Positions 17,846 through 27,554 of a stretch of DNA of 64,000 nt are shown here, in pieces. Positions within the stretch are counted from its first letter, which is position 1; every line of letters starts with the position of its first letter. The notes beneath the pieces are model-generated. The model saw only the letters and a program-made list of their open reading frames with translations, was not told the DNA's origin and searched no databases. Origin of the DNA: an uncultured bacterium (GTDB lineage: Bacteria > Chloroflexota > UBA5177 > JANWHV01); the NCBI GenBank assembly GCA_963827235.1, contig CAWHAE010000012.1, positions 1,312,001 to 1,376,000 on the forward strand, read 5' to 3'. The position numbers were made by a program, and so were the translations under genes.

Positions 17846-19924
17846 ATGGCACGCGAGCATTCCCGGGTGCTGCCCGGAATCGACGTCTTGCTCGAGGACG
17901 ACGACGAGCAGCTTCGTAGCCGCTCGCTGGCCGTGCTCACGGGTTCGGGGGCTACAACGAGCGATCTGATCCCCACGATCTCCGCGCTGCGCGCCAGCAA
18001 GCGCTACCGGATTGTGGCGCTCTTCGGCGCCGAGCATGGCGTTACCGGCGCGGAACAGGCGGGCGTGCAGGTAGAGTCGAAGCGCGACCCGGAGACCGCG
18101 CTGCCGGTCTACAGCCTGTACGGCGAGCACCGGGAACCCACGGCCGAGATGCTCGACGGCGTCGACGTCCTGCTCATCGATTTCGTCGACGCCGGACTGC
18201 GCTACTACACCTATGCCGCCACGGTGCGCGCCGTTCTCCAGGCCGCGGCCCGCTTCGACATCCAGGTCGTGCTGCTCGACCGGCCGAACCCGCTCGACGG
18301 CGTCACTCTGGAGGGTCCCGTGACCGAGCCTGCCTCGATCAATTTCGTGAGCGCCGCGCAGGTGCCTATCCGCCACGGCCTTACCCTGGGCGAGCTGGCC
18401 CGCTGGATGAATGAGCGGGAGCATCTCGGCGCGCGGCTGCGAGTCATCCCCATGCACGGATGGCGGCGATCGTACTCGTTCGACGACACCGGGCTGCGCT
18501 GGACGCTACCGTCGCCCAACATCCCCACCGCGGATACGTGCCTGACCTATGCCGCTACTTGCCTGATGGAAGGCACCCCGGTCTCGGAAGGCAGGGGCAC
18601 CGCGCAGCCTTTCTCCGTGCTCGGAGCCCCCTGGATCGACGGCGGAGAGCTGGCCAACTATCTCAACGCGCGCGCTCTGCCCGGAGTGCGATTCCAGCCC
18701 ACCTGGTTTCTGCCGTCGACGAGCAAGCACGCCGGCCAGATGTGCGGCGGCGTGCAGCTTCACATCCACGCCAAGCAGGCATTCCCCGGCGTGCGCACGG
18801 GCCTGCACATTCTTGCCGGCCTGCGGCAGCTCTATCCACGTGAGATGTCCTGGACATGCGAGACGCCCGGCGACTACTATATCGACCGGTTGTTCGGTAC
18901 GCCGGTCCCCCGGCTGGCCCTGGAGCGCGGCGACTCCCCGGACAGCATCGTCACGTCGTGGCAGGCAGGACTCGACGCGTTCGCTGAGGAGCGCAAGGCC
19001 TACTTGCTCTACGAGCCTGCGGTGGGCCCCCGGCGCACCACCGGCGCCATCTCCCAGACCGAGGCAATCAACGCGCGTACGGCCGACCTGGATACGTTGA
19101 CCCCTCTGGAGATCCTCCGGCTGATCAGCGCGGAAGATGCCACCGTGCCCGGCGCGATAGCCCGCGAGCTGCCCGCCATAGCCGTCGCGGTCGAGCACGT
19201 GGTCGGCGCATTCCGTTTACAAGGCAGGCTGATCTACGCCGGCGCCGGCACAAGCGGGCGGTTGGGCGTGCTCGACGCAGCGGAATGCCCTCCGACCTAC
19301 GGCACCGATCCGTCGCAGGTGGTGGCGCTGATCGCCGGCGGTCCGGCCGCCGTGACCCGATCGGTGGAGCAGGCTGAAGACGACGAGAGTCACGGCGAAA
19401 ACGACGTCGAAGCGCTGCAGATCAGCGAGAGCGACGTGTTGGTCGGCATCGCCGCCAGCGGGCGCACGCCCTACGTGGTCGGCGCCATTCGCCGTGCCCG
19501 CAGCCGCGGCGCCTATACCGTAGCGCTGGTCGGCAACGCCGACGGCCCGGTAGCGGCTGCCGCGGACCTGGTCATCGCGCCGCAAACCGGTCCGGAAGTG
19601 GTAGCTGGATCGACGCGGATGAAGGCGGGCACCGCCCAGAAACTGATTCTCAACATGATCTCCACCACCTCCATGGTCTGCACCGGGCACACCTACGGGA
19701 ATCTGATGGTGAACATGCGGGCCAGCAACCGCAAGCTGCAGGCCCGCACGCACCGGATCGTCGCTCAAGCCACGGGCGCCAGCCTCGAGGAGGCCAGGCA
19801 GGCACTCGACGCATCGGGCGGCGAGATGAAGACTGCCATCGTCATGCTGCGGGCCGGCCTGGACGCGGCCGAAGCTCGCGTTCGGCTCGAGCGAGCCCAC
19901 GGCCAGGTGCGTGGCGCGGTGTAG
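17846..19924 (+). CDS. namZ-murQ: Fusion: NamZ/DUF1343 exo-beta-N-acetylmuramidase plus MurQ MurNAc-6-phosphate etherase
   Basis: N-part LFGAEHG, VYSLYG, VLLDRPNP, PIRHGLTLGELA, SPNIPT, SEGRGT, ending YLLY; C-part GAGTSGRLGVLDAAECPPTYG, GIAASGRTPYV, GPEVVAGSTRMKAGTAQKLILNMIST. Confidence 0.92.
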   Translation: MAREHSRVLPGIDVLLEDDDEQLRSRSLAVLTGSGATTSDLIPTISALRASKRYRIVALFGAEHGVTGAEQAGVQVESKRDPETALPVYSLYGEHREPTAEMLDGVDVLLIDFVDAGLRYYTYAATVRAVLQAAARFDIQVVLLDRPNPLDGVTLEGPVTEPASINFVSAAQVPIRHGLTLGELARWMNEREHLGARLRVIPMHGWRRSYSFDDTGLRWTLPSPNIPTADTCLTYAATCLMEGTPVSEGRGTAQPFSVLGAPWIDGGELANYLNARALPGVRFQPTWFLPSTSKHAGQMCGGVQLHIHAKQAFPGVRTGLHILAGLRQLYPREMSWTCETPGDYYIDRLFGTPVPRLALERGDSPDSIVTSWQAGLDAFAEERKAYLLYEPAVGPRRTTGAISQTEAINARTADLDTLTPLEILRLISAEDATVPGAIARELPAIAVAVEHVVGAFRLQGRLIYAGAGTSGRLGVLDAAECPPTYGTDPSQVVALIAGGPAAVTRSVEQAEDDESHGENDVEALQISESDVLVGIAASGRTPYVVGAIRRARSRGAYTVALVGNADGPVAAAADLVIAPQTGPEVVAGSTRMKAGTAQKLILNMISTTSMVCTGHTYGNLMVNMRASNRKLQARTHRIVAQATGASLEEARQALDASGGEMKTAIVMLRAGLDAAEARVRLERAHGQVRGAV

Positions 19925-20169
19925 AGCGCCGGCCGCGTAACCGGCTCGTTCTCCGCGAAGCAGCCCACGTCGGCACGGCTGGCGAGTTCGCTCAAGAATG
20001 GCTTCCTCCCGGGACCACGGGTATCTTGCCTGCCCCGCTCGCCGGCCCCAGGAGCTCCGCCATACCCGCGGCCCTCTATGCCGCGGCGACGTCATGATCG
20101 GCCCGCCCCTTTGACCGCGGGCGTCTCGCCGTCTCGTGTCTCACACTTCCGCAAGCGGCCCGGACGGGG

Positions 20170-20385
20170 TCACACGCGCGGTTTGCGGTGGGGCAACACC
20201 AGGAACCACAAGATGGCGCCGATCACCACGATCACTGCGGCGGCGATCACCATGGTGAAGACGGCCTGCAGAAGGAAATACACGGCTGCTACCGCGATGA
20301 CGGTGACCGCGCCGCCGGCAACCGCTTCCCTGCCCGCACGCGTCACGCGGCTCTCGCCATCAGGCACGCGTATGAGATCGCTCAT
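20170..20385 (-). CDS. Small two-TM membrane protein
   Basis: GAGGAG RBS before MSDLIR; two hydrophobic helices and a basic tail. Confidence 0.65.
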   Translation of the reverse strand: MSDLIRVPDGESRVTRAGREAVAGGAVTVIAVAAVYFLLQAVFTMVIAAAVIVVIGAILWFLVLPHRKPRV

Positions 20386-20646
20386 CTGTCTACTCTCCTC
20401 GACACCATCATATAGCCGCGCAGACCTCACCGCCTCAGTGACCGCTCAACCGCGATCCATCACATTCCACCAGACGCGGTCTCCGATAGCGCCGGGGCAC
20501 AGGCGAGGCGGGTCCAACGCCATCCAGTCGGACGGAATGCCGATCGCGACCGCCAACCGGACGCTGCAGCCGCTGTCCCGTCCATCAGCGACCCACCGCG
20601 GCCGAAGCCCGGCTGGACGTCACTCTCGTACAGGCCGCCATTCTCG

Positions 20647-23100
20647 TCAGTCTCCATGCGGCACCCAGATGTTCTTCACGTGCGTCGCCTCGCGGAGGAA
20701 CTCGCCGGCAGTGCCGGAGGTATCCAGCCAGTCGATCTCGTCGCCGGGCACAGCCCAGGTGCGTTTCAGATTCCCCGCCGACGCCAGCTCCACCTCTTTA
20801 ATGCCCTCCGCCGTGCCGAAATACCAGACCGACTGCACGTCGTCGTGCGCCGCAAGCACCGGAGCCAGCACGTCGCGCTTGCCGGTAACCACGTTCACCA
20901 CGCCGGCCGGCACGTCGGACGTCTCCAGCACCTGGTAGAAGTCGGTCGCGCTCAACGGGTAGACCTGCGACGGCACGATCACCAGCGTGTTCCCCACGGC
21001 GATCGCCGGCGCCATCAACGCCACGAAGCCCAGGAGCGGGTACTCGTCCGCACAGAGGGCTCCGATCACGCCGATCGGCTCCGGCACGGCAAGGGTCAGC
21101 CCGCGCATCGGCGTGTGCGCCACCCTGCCGTCGTACTTGTCTGCCCAGGCGCCGTAGGTGAACAGGCGCTCGATTGCCAGGTCGACCTCGGTCAGGGCCG
21201 ATATGCGCGCGAGCGGCTGCCCGATGCCGGCAGCCCCGTCCCGCAGGGTACAGCCGGTCATCGCCGAGATGCGGCGGCCGAACTCCAGTCTGCGCTCCGA
21301 GAGATTCTCCGCCAGGTAGTAGAGGATCTGCGCGCGGTTGTAGCTCGTAGTCAGGCTCCAAGCCGCTGCCTTCTGCGCCGCTTCCACCGCGTTGCGTATG
21401 TCCTTGCGATTGCCGTCGCCGGCCTCGCCAACCAGGGATCCACCCGGCGCGCGAATGAGCAGGCTGTAGCCGGAATCAGGGCGCGACTGCTTCCCCCCGA
21501 CATACAGCTTCGGCGTCCGATCGATCGGCGGGTAGCCGGCGCTCTCCGCATCGGCCGCTCCGTTGCCGGCCTCAGACTCTTCCCCGCCGGGCAAGTCCGC
21601 CGAGGCCGCGGGCACGGGGCGTTCGCGTGTAACGCTGCCGACGCGCTTTACGTACTCGTAGAGCCCCTCCTTGCCGCCTTCGCGGCCGAATCCGCTCTCA
21701 CGGTAGCCGCCGAAGCCGGAGGCGGCGTCGAGGAGGTTGGTGCAGTTCACCCATATGGTGCCGGCCTTGATGCGCCTGGCCACATCCAGAGACAGGTTGA
21801 CGTTCTCGCTCCACACGCTGGCCGCAAGCCCATACGGCGTGTTGTTGGCAAGCTCGACCGCTTCGCCGGCGCTGCGAAACGTCATCGCCACCAGCACCGG
21901 CCCGAAGATCTCAACCTGCGCGATCGTGGCCGCGGGTGTCACGTCGGTAAACAGCGTCGGCGGATAGAAGTAGCCGTCGGCCGGGCAGGACCAGGTCGGC
22001 TGCCACAGCGTGGCGCCTTCCGCGATTCCCTTCTCTACCAGGCTGCGCACCCGTTCCAGCTGCACGCGAGCGATGATGGCGCCGATATCCACCGCCTTAT
22101 CCAGCGGATCGCCCACGCGCAGTGTCTCCATTCGAGCCCGCAGCTTCTTCAGCAGCGTGCCGGCAATGTTCTCTTGCATGAGCAGCCGCGATCCGGCGCA
22201 GCACACCTGGCCCTGGTTGAACCAGATGGCATCCACGATGCCTTCCACGGCGCTGTCCAGGTCGGCGTCGTCGAATACCAGGAACGGAGACTTGCCACCC
22301 AGCTCCAGAGAAAGCCGCTTCCCGGTGCCAGCGGTCGCACGCCGGATGGCGCGGCCCACTTCGGTCGAGCCGGTGAACGCTATCTTGTCCACGTCCGGGT
22401 GATTCACGAGCGCCTCACCCGTGCGGCCGTCGCCGGTCACGATGTTGACCACGCCGGGCGGCAAGTTGACCGACTCCACGATCTCGGCAAAGAGCAGCGC
22501 CGTCAACGGTGTGAACTCGGCGGGCTTCAGCACGACCGTATTGCCCATTGCCAACGCGGGCGCGACCTTCCAGGCCAGCATGAGCAGCGGGAAGTTCCAG
22601 GGGATGATCTGCCCGGCCACGCCCACGCTCTCGTAGCCCTGGAGCTCTTCGTCCATGAGCTGAGCCCAGCCGGCATGGTAGGCGAAGTGCCGAGCTACCA
22701 GAGGAATGTCGATATCGCGTGTCTCGCGAATGCACTTACCGTTGTCGAGCGTCTCCAGCACGGCGAACAGTCTGCTGTGCTTCTGTACCCGGCGTGCAAG
22801 CGCATAGAGGTAGCGTGCACGCGCGTGCCCGGGCAGAGCTCGCCACTGCGGGAGAGCGGCGCGCGCTGCGCCGACCGCGGCGTCGACATCCTCGGGCGCC
22901 CCCTGGGCCACGCGGGCCAGGAATTTGCCTGTCGCCGGGTTGATCGAGTCAAAGTACTCACCAACCCGAGGCGCTACCCACGCGTTGCCGATGAAAAGGT
23001 CAAAGCGATTGTCGTGCTCCGCCAGCCAGGCCAGCGCCGGGCCGGCCACTTCAGGCGCCGGGCCGTAGGTCATCGTCTCGAATAGCTCCGCGACACTCAT
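20647..23100 (-). CDS. Long two-domain aldehyde dehydrogenase (ALDH16-like)
   Basis: IIPWNFP, FTGSTEVG, LELGGKS, GQVCCAG, EIFGPV, plus a second partial NAD-binding domain. Confidence 0.92.
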   Translation of the reverse strand: MSVAELFETMTYGPAPEVAGPALAWLAEHDNRFDLFIGNAWVAPRVGEYFDSINPATGKFLARVAQGAPEDVDAAVGAARAALPQWRALPGHARARYLYALARRVQKHSRLFAVLETLDNGKCIRETRDIDIPLVARHFAYHAGWAQLMDEELQGYESVGVAGQIIPWNFPLLMLAWKVAPALAMGNTVVLKPAEFTPLTALLFAEIVESVNLPPGVVNIVTGDGRTGEALVNHPDVDKIAFTGSTEVGRAIRRATAGTGKRLSLELGGKSPFLVFDDADLDSAVEGIVDAIWFNQGQVCCAGSRLLMQENIAGTLLKKLRARMETLRVGDPLDKAVDIGAIIARVQLERVRSLVEKGIAEGATLWQPTWSCPADGYFYPPTLFTDVTPAATIAQVEIFGPVLVAMTFRSAGEAVELANNTPYGLAASVWSENVNLSLDVARRIKAGTIWVNCTNLLDAASGFGGYRESGFGREGGKEGLYEYVKRVGSVTRERPVPAASADLPGGEESEAGNGAADAESAGYPPIDRTPKLYVGGKQSRPDSGYSLLIRAPGGSLVGEAGDGNRKDIRNAVEAAQKAAAWSLTTSYNRAQILYYLAENLSERRLEFGRRISAMTGCTLRDGAAGIGQPLARISALTEVDLAIERLFTYGAWADKYDGRVAHTPMRGLTLAVPEPIGVIGALCADEYPLLGFVALMAPAIAVGNTLVIVPSQVYPLSATDFYQVLETSDVPAGVVNVVTGKRDVLAPVLAAHDDVQSVWYFGTAEGIKEVELASAGNLKRTWAVPGDEIDWLDTSGTAGEFLREATHVKNIWVPHGD

Positions 23101-23128
23101 GGGCGCGGCCCTCACTTCCCATAGCCCG

Positions 23129-24461
23129 TCATACCTGCGAGCCGACCACGTGGATTGAGTCGAGGCTCTGCTGCACCTGTTCGTATTCTTGAGCCAGGTC
23201 CGGCGTGCGGGCGTTGACGCTGAGCTTCGCCCAAGCTCACGATCCCGGCCACAACGCTCATGCCGCTGCTATCGGACCGCACGCGTACCTCGCACTGCGC
23301 TTCCAGCGGCTGACCCGTCAGGCGAAGCACGGCATCGGCAATGCCGTACTGCTGGCCATCCACGGTGCGCACCTCATTGGTAATGGTACCGATCGGCGTA
23401 CCCAGCGTGCGCAAGAATGCCGAGACATAGCTCGGATTGGAGATATCGCCCGTCGTGGTCGCTCGGGAGCCGAGGATAATGGCCGTCTTGTCCGGCGACG
23501 CGATCTGATAGTTGCCGCCGGTGCCGTTGGTCACGGTCCAGGCGGATGGATAGACAATGCTATAGTCGGCTCCGGTCGGCGACGCGCTCGCCGTCGTATA
23601 TGCCTTGCCCAGCGCCTGTGCCGGGCCGGAGCGCGTGGAAAGCAGCTGCATGAGGGTCTCGATCGTCTCGTTCTGAGACAGCGCGTGCGTGCCATTGCCG
23701 TCGGTGACGGTGCCGCTGCTCGACACAGTCTGGCGCAGATGCTCGTTCAGGAAGACGCCACTTTCGACACCGATACCCCAGGTTCCGCTCTCGCTCACCT
23801 TGGTCGTCGTCACGTAGTGCTTACCCGCGCTCGTGGTCGACGACTTGCCGCTCGTCTGCATGGTCGTGGTCACCGTCGCCACGCGTCCGAACTGGCCGCT
23901 AGCGATCTTGCTCAAGGTGTTGACCAGGGTCACCGGCGAGGCGCCGCCGAACCAGGTATTGTCTATCGAGCTGTTCCACTTGCCGGAAAGCGCAACCGGC
24001 TTCAGCGACACCTGACCCACGTCGTTCAGCCCATAGGCGCCGCGGTACACGCAGTACTGGGTGCCGTCATTCTCCTGAATGCAGGCATTTGCCGGGCTGC
24101 TGAGCTTGTCCGCCGGAACGGTGGTGTGAGTCGTCTTGCCGTTATGAACGTCGGTCTCCTGGCCGGGGTTGAAGTCGATGGAGAGCGTCGCGTTACCGGC
24201 TGAGTCGACGCCGTGCACGACGTAGCGGGCCTCGTAGAGCACGGTGCTGGTCAGGGCATCTGCCGGCTGCCCGGCAATATTCGTCTTGATCGTCTCCACG
24301 GTCTTCATGGAGTAGGTGAGCACCTCGCCGGCCTTGAAGCGGTAGCGCAGCGTCACCGCGGCACTGGAATCGGCGCGGGCGGCGGGCAGAGACCCGCCTC
24401 CCAGGGCGAGCGCGCCGGCGATCATCAAGACAACTTTGTAGGAAACACCATAGCGAGCCAT
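23129..24461 (-). CDS. Secreted hypothetical protein, probable frameshift near 23235
   Basis: Signal peptide, TLRYRFKAGEVLTY and YSIVYPSAW; the alternative frame ends in an amphipathic LAQEYEQVQQSLDSIHVVGSQV* (stop 23129-23131). Confidence 0.65.
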
Positions 24462-24565
24462 CCATGCCTCCAAGTGCAGTCTTTTCTCCGTGCGGCACCA
24501 TGGTATCTGGTTTTCGACTTGCGGGGTATGCCGCGGGCCCCTGGCGCGAGAGCCCGGTAGAGGGG

Positions 24566-24593
24566 CTCAAGATCCGGCCAAATGTGCCGATTG
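24566..24593 (+). promoter_or_regulatory. Sigma28 (FliA/SigD)-type promoter
   Basis: CTCAA-N16-CCGATTG versus the consensus CTAAA-N16-CCGATA; upstream of a YjfB-like gene. Confidence 0.55.
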
Positions 24594-24652
24594 GTATGGA
24601 AGGGCGGCAGCACGCTGGCCGCCGCATGGAATCGGAAAGTCGAGAGGCGCTC

Positions 24653-24868
24653 ATGGACTCCTTGACCACTTCGCTCGCGGCGGCGTCGATCGGCAACGCC
24701 ACAGCCGGCCTTCAGCAGTCGGCAGGAATCAGCATGCTCAAGAAGGCCGAGGACAACCAGGCGGCGACCATGGCGCGCATCCTGAGCAGCGTCCCGGCGC
24801 CCGCAGCGGCACCTGCCCAGGCACCGTCTCCTCCGGGTGTCGGCAGCCAGGTCGACGTCAACGCCTGA
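24653..24868 (+). CDS. YjfB-like putative motility protein
   Basis: QQSAGISMLKKAED..ATMARIL and C-terminal GVGSQVDVNA; GAGAGG RBS. Confidence 0.7.
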   Translation: MDSLTTSLAAASIGNATAGLQQSAGISMLKKAEDNQAATMARILSSVPAPAAAPAQAPSPPGVGSQVDVNA

Positions 24869-24875
24869 AGGAGCG

Positions 24876-25163
24876 CTACGCGCCGTCGACCAGGATGAAC
24901 TGGCCAGTCGCGGCGCGGCGGCGAATGAGCTTGGCGGCCTCATACTCGGGTGAGTTCCACCACAGCAGAGCCTTGTCGCGCGTCTCGAACTCGAGCACCA
25001 CCACGCGGCTCGCCTCGATGGACCCCTCCAGAACGGCCATCTGGCCGCCGCGCACCACGAACCGCCCACCATACTTCTCGGCCGCCAGGCTCGAGGCCTT
25101 GACGTACTCTGCATAGGTGTCCGGGTCGTGCACGCGAATCGTGGCAATGATATAGGAAGCCAT
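24876..25163 (-). CDS. DUF1330 protein
   Basis: YGGRFVVRGG..LEG, VVLEF, WWNSPEY..AK.IR. Confidence 0.9.
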   Translation of the reverse strand: MASYIIATIRVHDPDTYAEYVKASSLAAEKYGGRFVVRGGQMAVLEGSIEASRVVVLEFETRDKALLWWNSPEYEAAKLIRRRAATGQFILVDGA

Positions 25164-25246
25164 GCTCTCCTCCACTGCCGCCACGAGTGCATGGCGCACC
25201 TGCCGGCAGAACGCCACTACCGTGTGCCTCCTAGGCCAGCGGACGC

Positions 25247-25564
25247 TCAGCGCAGGTTCAGCGGGTTTCCGTAGCGGCGAATGGCAAAGGCGACGGCCGC
25301 GACGCCGACGGCAAAGAACACCACCCCGCGAAGCGCCCTGGGTGCAAACTGCAGCGTGACGGCATGCACCCAGTCAACCGCCCAGGATGGGAACCGGAAG
25401 TCGCGATAGAGGGCAACCAGCAGGTAGTCGACGCCCATCACACCGACGATGAGCCCGACCACGAGCAAGACGACCCAGCGCCTGGCATGACTGCCCGGCA
25501 CGAACCTGGCTGGCGTTCCCACGCGACGCTCCTGCAAACGGCGAAAACCAGTCGACCGCCGCAT
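25247..25564 (-). CDS. Small membrane protein resembling the N-terminal membrane extension of YvcK/GlmR
   Basis: PGSHARRWVVLLVVG...VTLQFAPRALRGVVFFAVG; GGAGG immediately upstream; similarity recalled, not searched. Confidence 0.55.
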   Translation of the reverse strand: MRRSTGFRRLQERRVGTPARFVPGSHARRWVVLLVVGLIVGVMGVDYLLVALYRDFRFPSWAVDWVHAVTLQFAPRALRGVVFFAVGVAAVAFAIRRYGNPLNLR

Positions 25565-25632
25565 CCTCCGCAATCCGCAGTCTACCCCACCAGTTTGACA
25601 CGTTCGACGTCTCGGCGCCAGCCGTGCCGAAG

Positions 25633-25759
25633 CTGAAGTCCGCGATCCAGCGCTTCGGTCCGCCGATCCTGGGACCGCGGCCGTCTCGGCAGCCACCGGA
25701 CGCGCACGGCATCGCTTCCATCGTCGCCGGGCAACAAAGCGCTGCGTCACGATCTCCAG
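25633..25759 (-). repeat. Dispersed intergenic repeat, copy 2
   Basis: 99/127 identity without gaps to 60031-60157, in inverted orientation. Confidence 0.92.
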
Positions 25760-26013
25760 CCGTGCCGTCGAGTGCACTCTCACAGCCTGTACCCGCAGCC
25801 AAAGGGCACGGGCGCCGAGCGCCACGACGGACTCGCTGTTACCGCAGTATACGCCGAACCTGCAACCCGTGCAGCACGCGCTCCTGCCGAAGGCTGGATC
25901 TCACCAGGCGAGTGAGCAAGTGCCCGGCCCGGTTTCAGGCGGACGAACCCGATTCGTCTCCCTACCCAGAGGCACGGGGACCTGCCATGCTTCCGGCAGC
26001 GCGCCTCTCGCGC

Positions 26014-27408
26014 TCAGAGCACCTGAAGGAACACCACCGCACCCGAGGTAGGTGCACCGGTATTCACGTCGATGCGGGAAACGGTGCGGAACAGCACCAG
26101 GGTCGAATGCTTCCCGGACTGCATGAGCGCCACCGGGGCACTGGTCTGCGAGGTTCCGATGCCGGTGCGAGGCGTGATCGCCGTCTGCGAGAGAACCTTC
26201 CCCCTGGTCGACAACAGGGTGATTCCGGTTTGGCCCGCCATCTCCACGGTCCCCGTCGCCTCGTTCACCGCCATGGCCAGAACATAGTCGGAGTACACGT
26301 TGAAGCACGACGAGAAGTGATCCTGATAGATCACGCCGCGCGTGCCGTTGGACTGTATCGCGGCGTCCACCGAGCAGTAGTTGCCGGCGACCCAGCGGAG
26401 GTAGCCCACGTTGCGCGTGGTATCCACCACGAAGCCCGTCGCATCGCCCAGCCCCGTCGCGGTCGTGTAGCTCATCTGGATCTGCTTGTTCAGCTTGCCC
26501 GTGCCGGCATTGAAGATGGTGATCAGCCCGCCGGGTGCGGCATACCAGATCTGTTGCCTGCGGGCGCTGTAGGTCACCGAAAAGGCTCGCAGGCGATACG
26601 GAAAACCGCGATACCAGGTGCGGTGCGCGGTACGGGTATCCAAGGCGACAAAGCGGCTCGAGCCCGGCGCCGGCGTGGCCATCTGCAAGGCCACGATCGC
26701 GCGGTGTGCCTGTGCGTCCATGAACAGGTCGTTCGGGACGCCCTCCAGGCTCGCCAGGTGCAGGGACTGCGAGACCGGGTCGACCACGAGGAGGTCGTTG
26801 GTGGCGTCGTTCTGCGACGTGGCCAGCACGACCCGATTCGCGGCGGAGTCGATGGCAATGCCCGAGACGGTGATCGGGCCGCCCTCGAACACCAGTACCT
26901 TGTTCACCACACGGCCCGTGCGGAGGTTCACCACCCAGAGCTCGAGATGATAGGAGGTGTACGGGTCGCTCGGACTGAGCGCTACCGCGGTATCCACTGC
27001 CACGTAGGCCAGCCAACGGTCCTCGTCGATGGTCACGCCACCTATCGAGCCGGTGGTCGTGACGCGCGAGAGCACGTTGTAGGACCTGGTGTCGATAACG
27101 GCGAAGATGTTCGAGACCGGGTTGATCTGTCGCGTGGCAGTCAGATCGACACCCGCTTCGATTAGGCGCTGGTCCTTGACGTTGGAAGCCAGGAGCGTGC
27201 CGGAAATCGAGGTGATCACCGTGTGCGGGCGCAGTACGGCCGTGCTTTGCGTCGCCGCCGCGGAGGGCGCCGCGCGCGCGACCAAGAACGTGCCCGGGCT
27301 GGGCCACGATGCGGCTCCCGCGCCGGCAATCGGCCCGGCGCTCGCCGCCAGAGAGATCAGGCTGCAGGCTGCAACACCGGCCAGGCCGGCCAGGCGCCTA
27401 TTCCTCAT
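26014..27408 (-). CDS. Secreted YncE-like beta-propeller protein
   Basis: GAGGAGG RBS, signal peptide, repeated xxD/NTRTG blades. Confidence 0.75.
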   Translation of the reverse strand: MRNRRLAGLAGVAACSLISLAASAGPIAGAGAASWPSPGTFLVARAAPSAAATQSTAVLRPHTVITSISGTLLASNVKDQRLIEAGVDLTATRQINPVSNIFAVIDTRSYNVLSRVTTTGSIGGVTIDEDRWLAYVAVDTAVALSPSDPYTSYHLELWVVNLRTGRVVNKVLVFEGGPITVSGIAIDSAANRVVLATSQNDATNDLLVVDPVSQSLHLASLEGVPNDLFMDAQAHRAIVALQMATPAPGSSRFVALDTRTAHRTWYRGFPYRLRAFSVTYSARRQQIWYAAPGGLITIFNAGTGKLNKQIQMSYTTATGLGDATGFVVDTTRNVGYLRWVAGNYCSVDAAIQSNGTRGVIYQDHFSSCFNVYSDYVLAMAVNEATGTVEMAGQTGITLLSTRGKVLSQTAITPRTGIGTSQTSAPVALMQSGKHSTLVLFRTVSRIDVNTGAPTSGAVVFLQVL

Positions 27409-27554
27409 CCGTCGGGACCTCCTCTCTGAGACAGTGTATCCGTGTGACCTCGCCCTGCCCCAAGCCGATCATCTGCCGCACTGCCCACCCGGCTCGGTCG
27501 GCTGTCCACGCCGCGATCGTCACGCTCGCCGGCGCGACCTGCCCGATGGCGGAG

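Noticed and set aside
20007-20625. Possible further degenerate copies of the dispersed repeat (~20007-20099, ~20518-20625; also ~7730-7800, ~55868-55943, ~57985-58040)
   Set aside because: Only short or gappy matches in GC-rich DNA, and the palindromic core is absent; not supportable without a profile search.
20656-23085. Long antisense ORFs (e.g. 20656..23085+, 27309..29372+, 40974..42836+, 8853..10286-)
   Set aside because: Shadow frames of real genes in high-GC DNA, with no recognisable motifs.
25633-25759. The repeat as a small protein-coding gene (frame IVTQR..RRWK.CRA)
   Set aside because: Some substitutions are synonymous in one frame, but about as many are not, and there is no shared start, RBS or stop; cannot be fully excluded.
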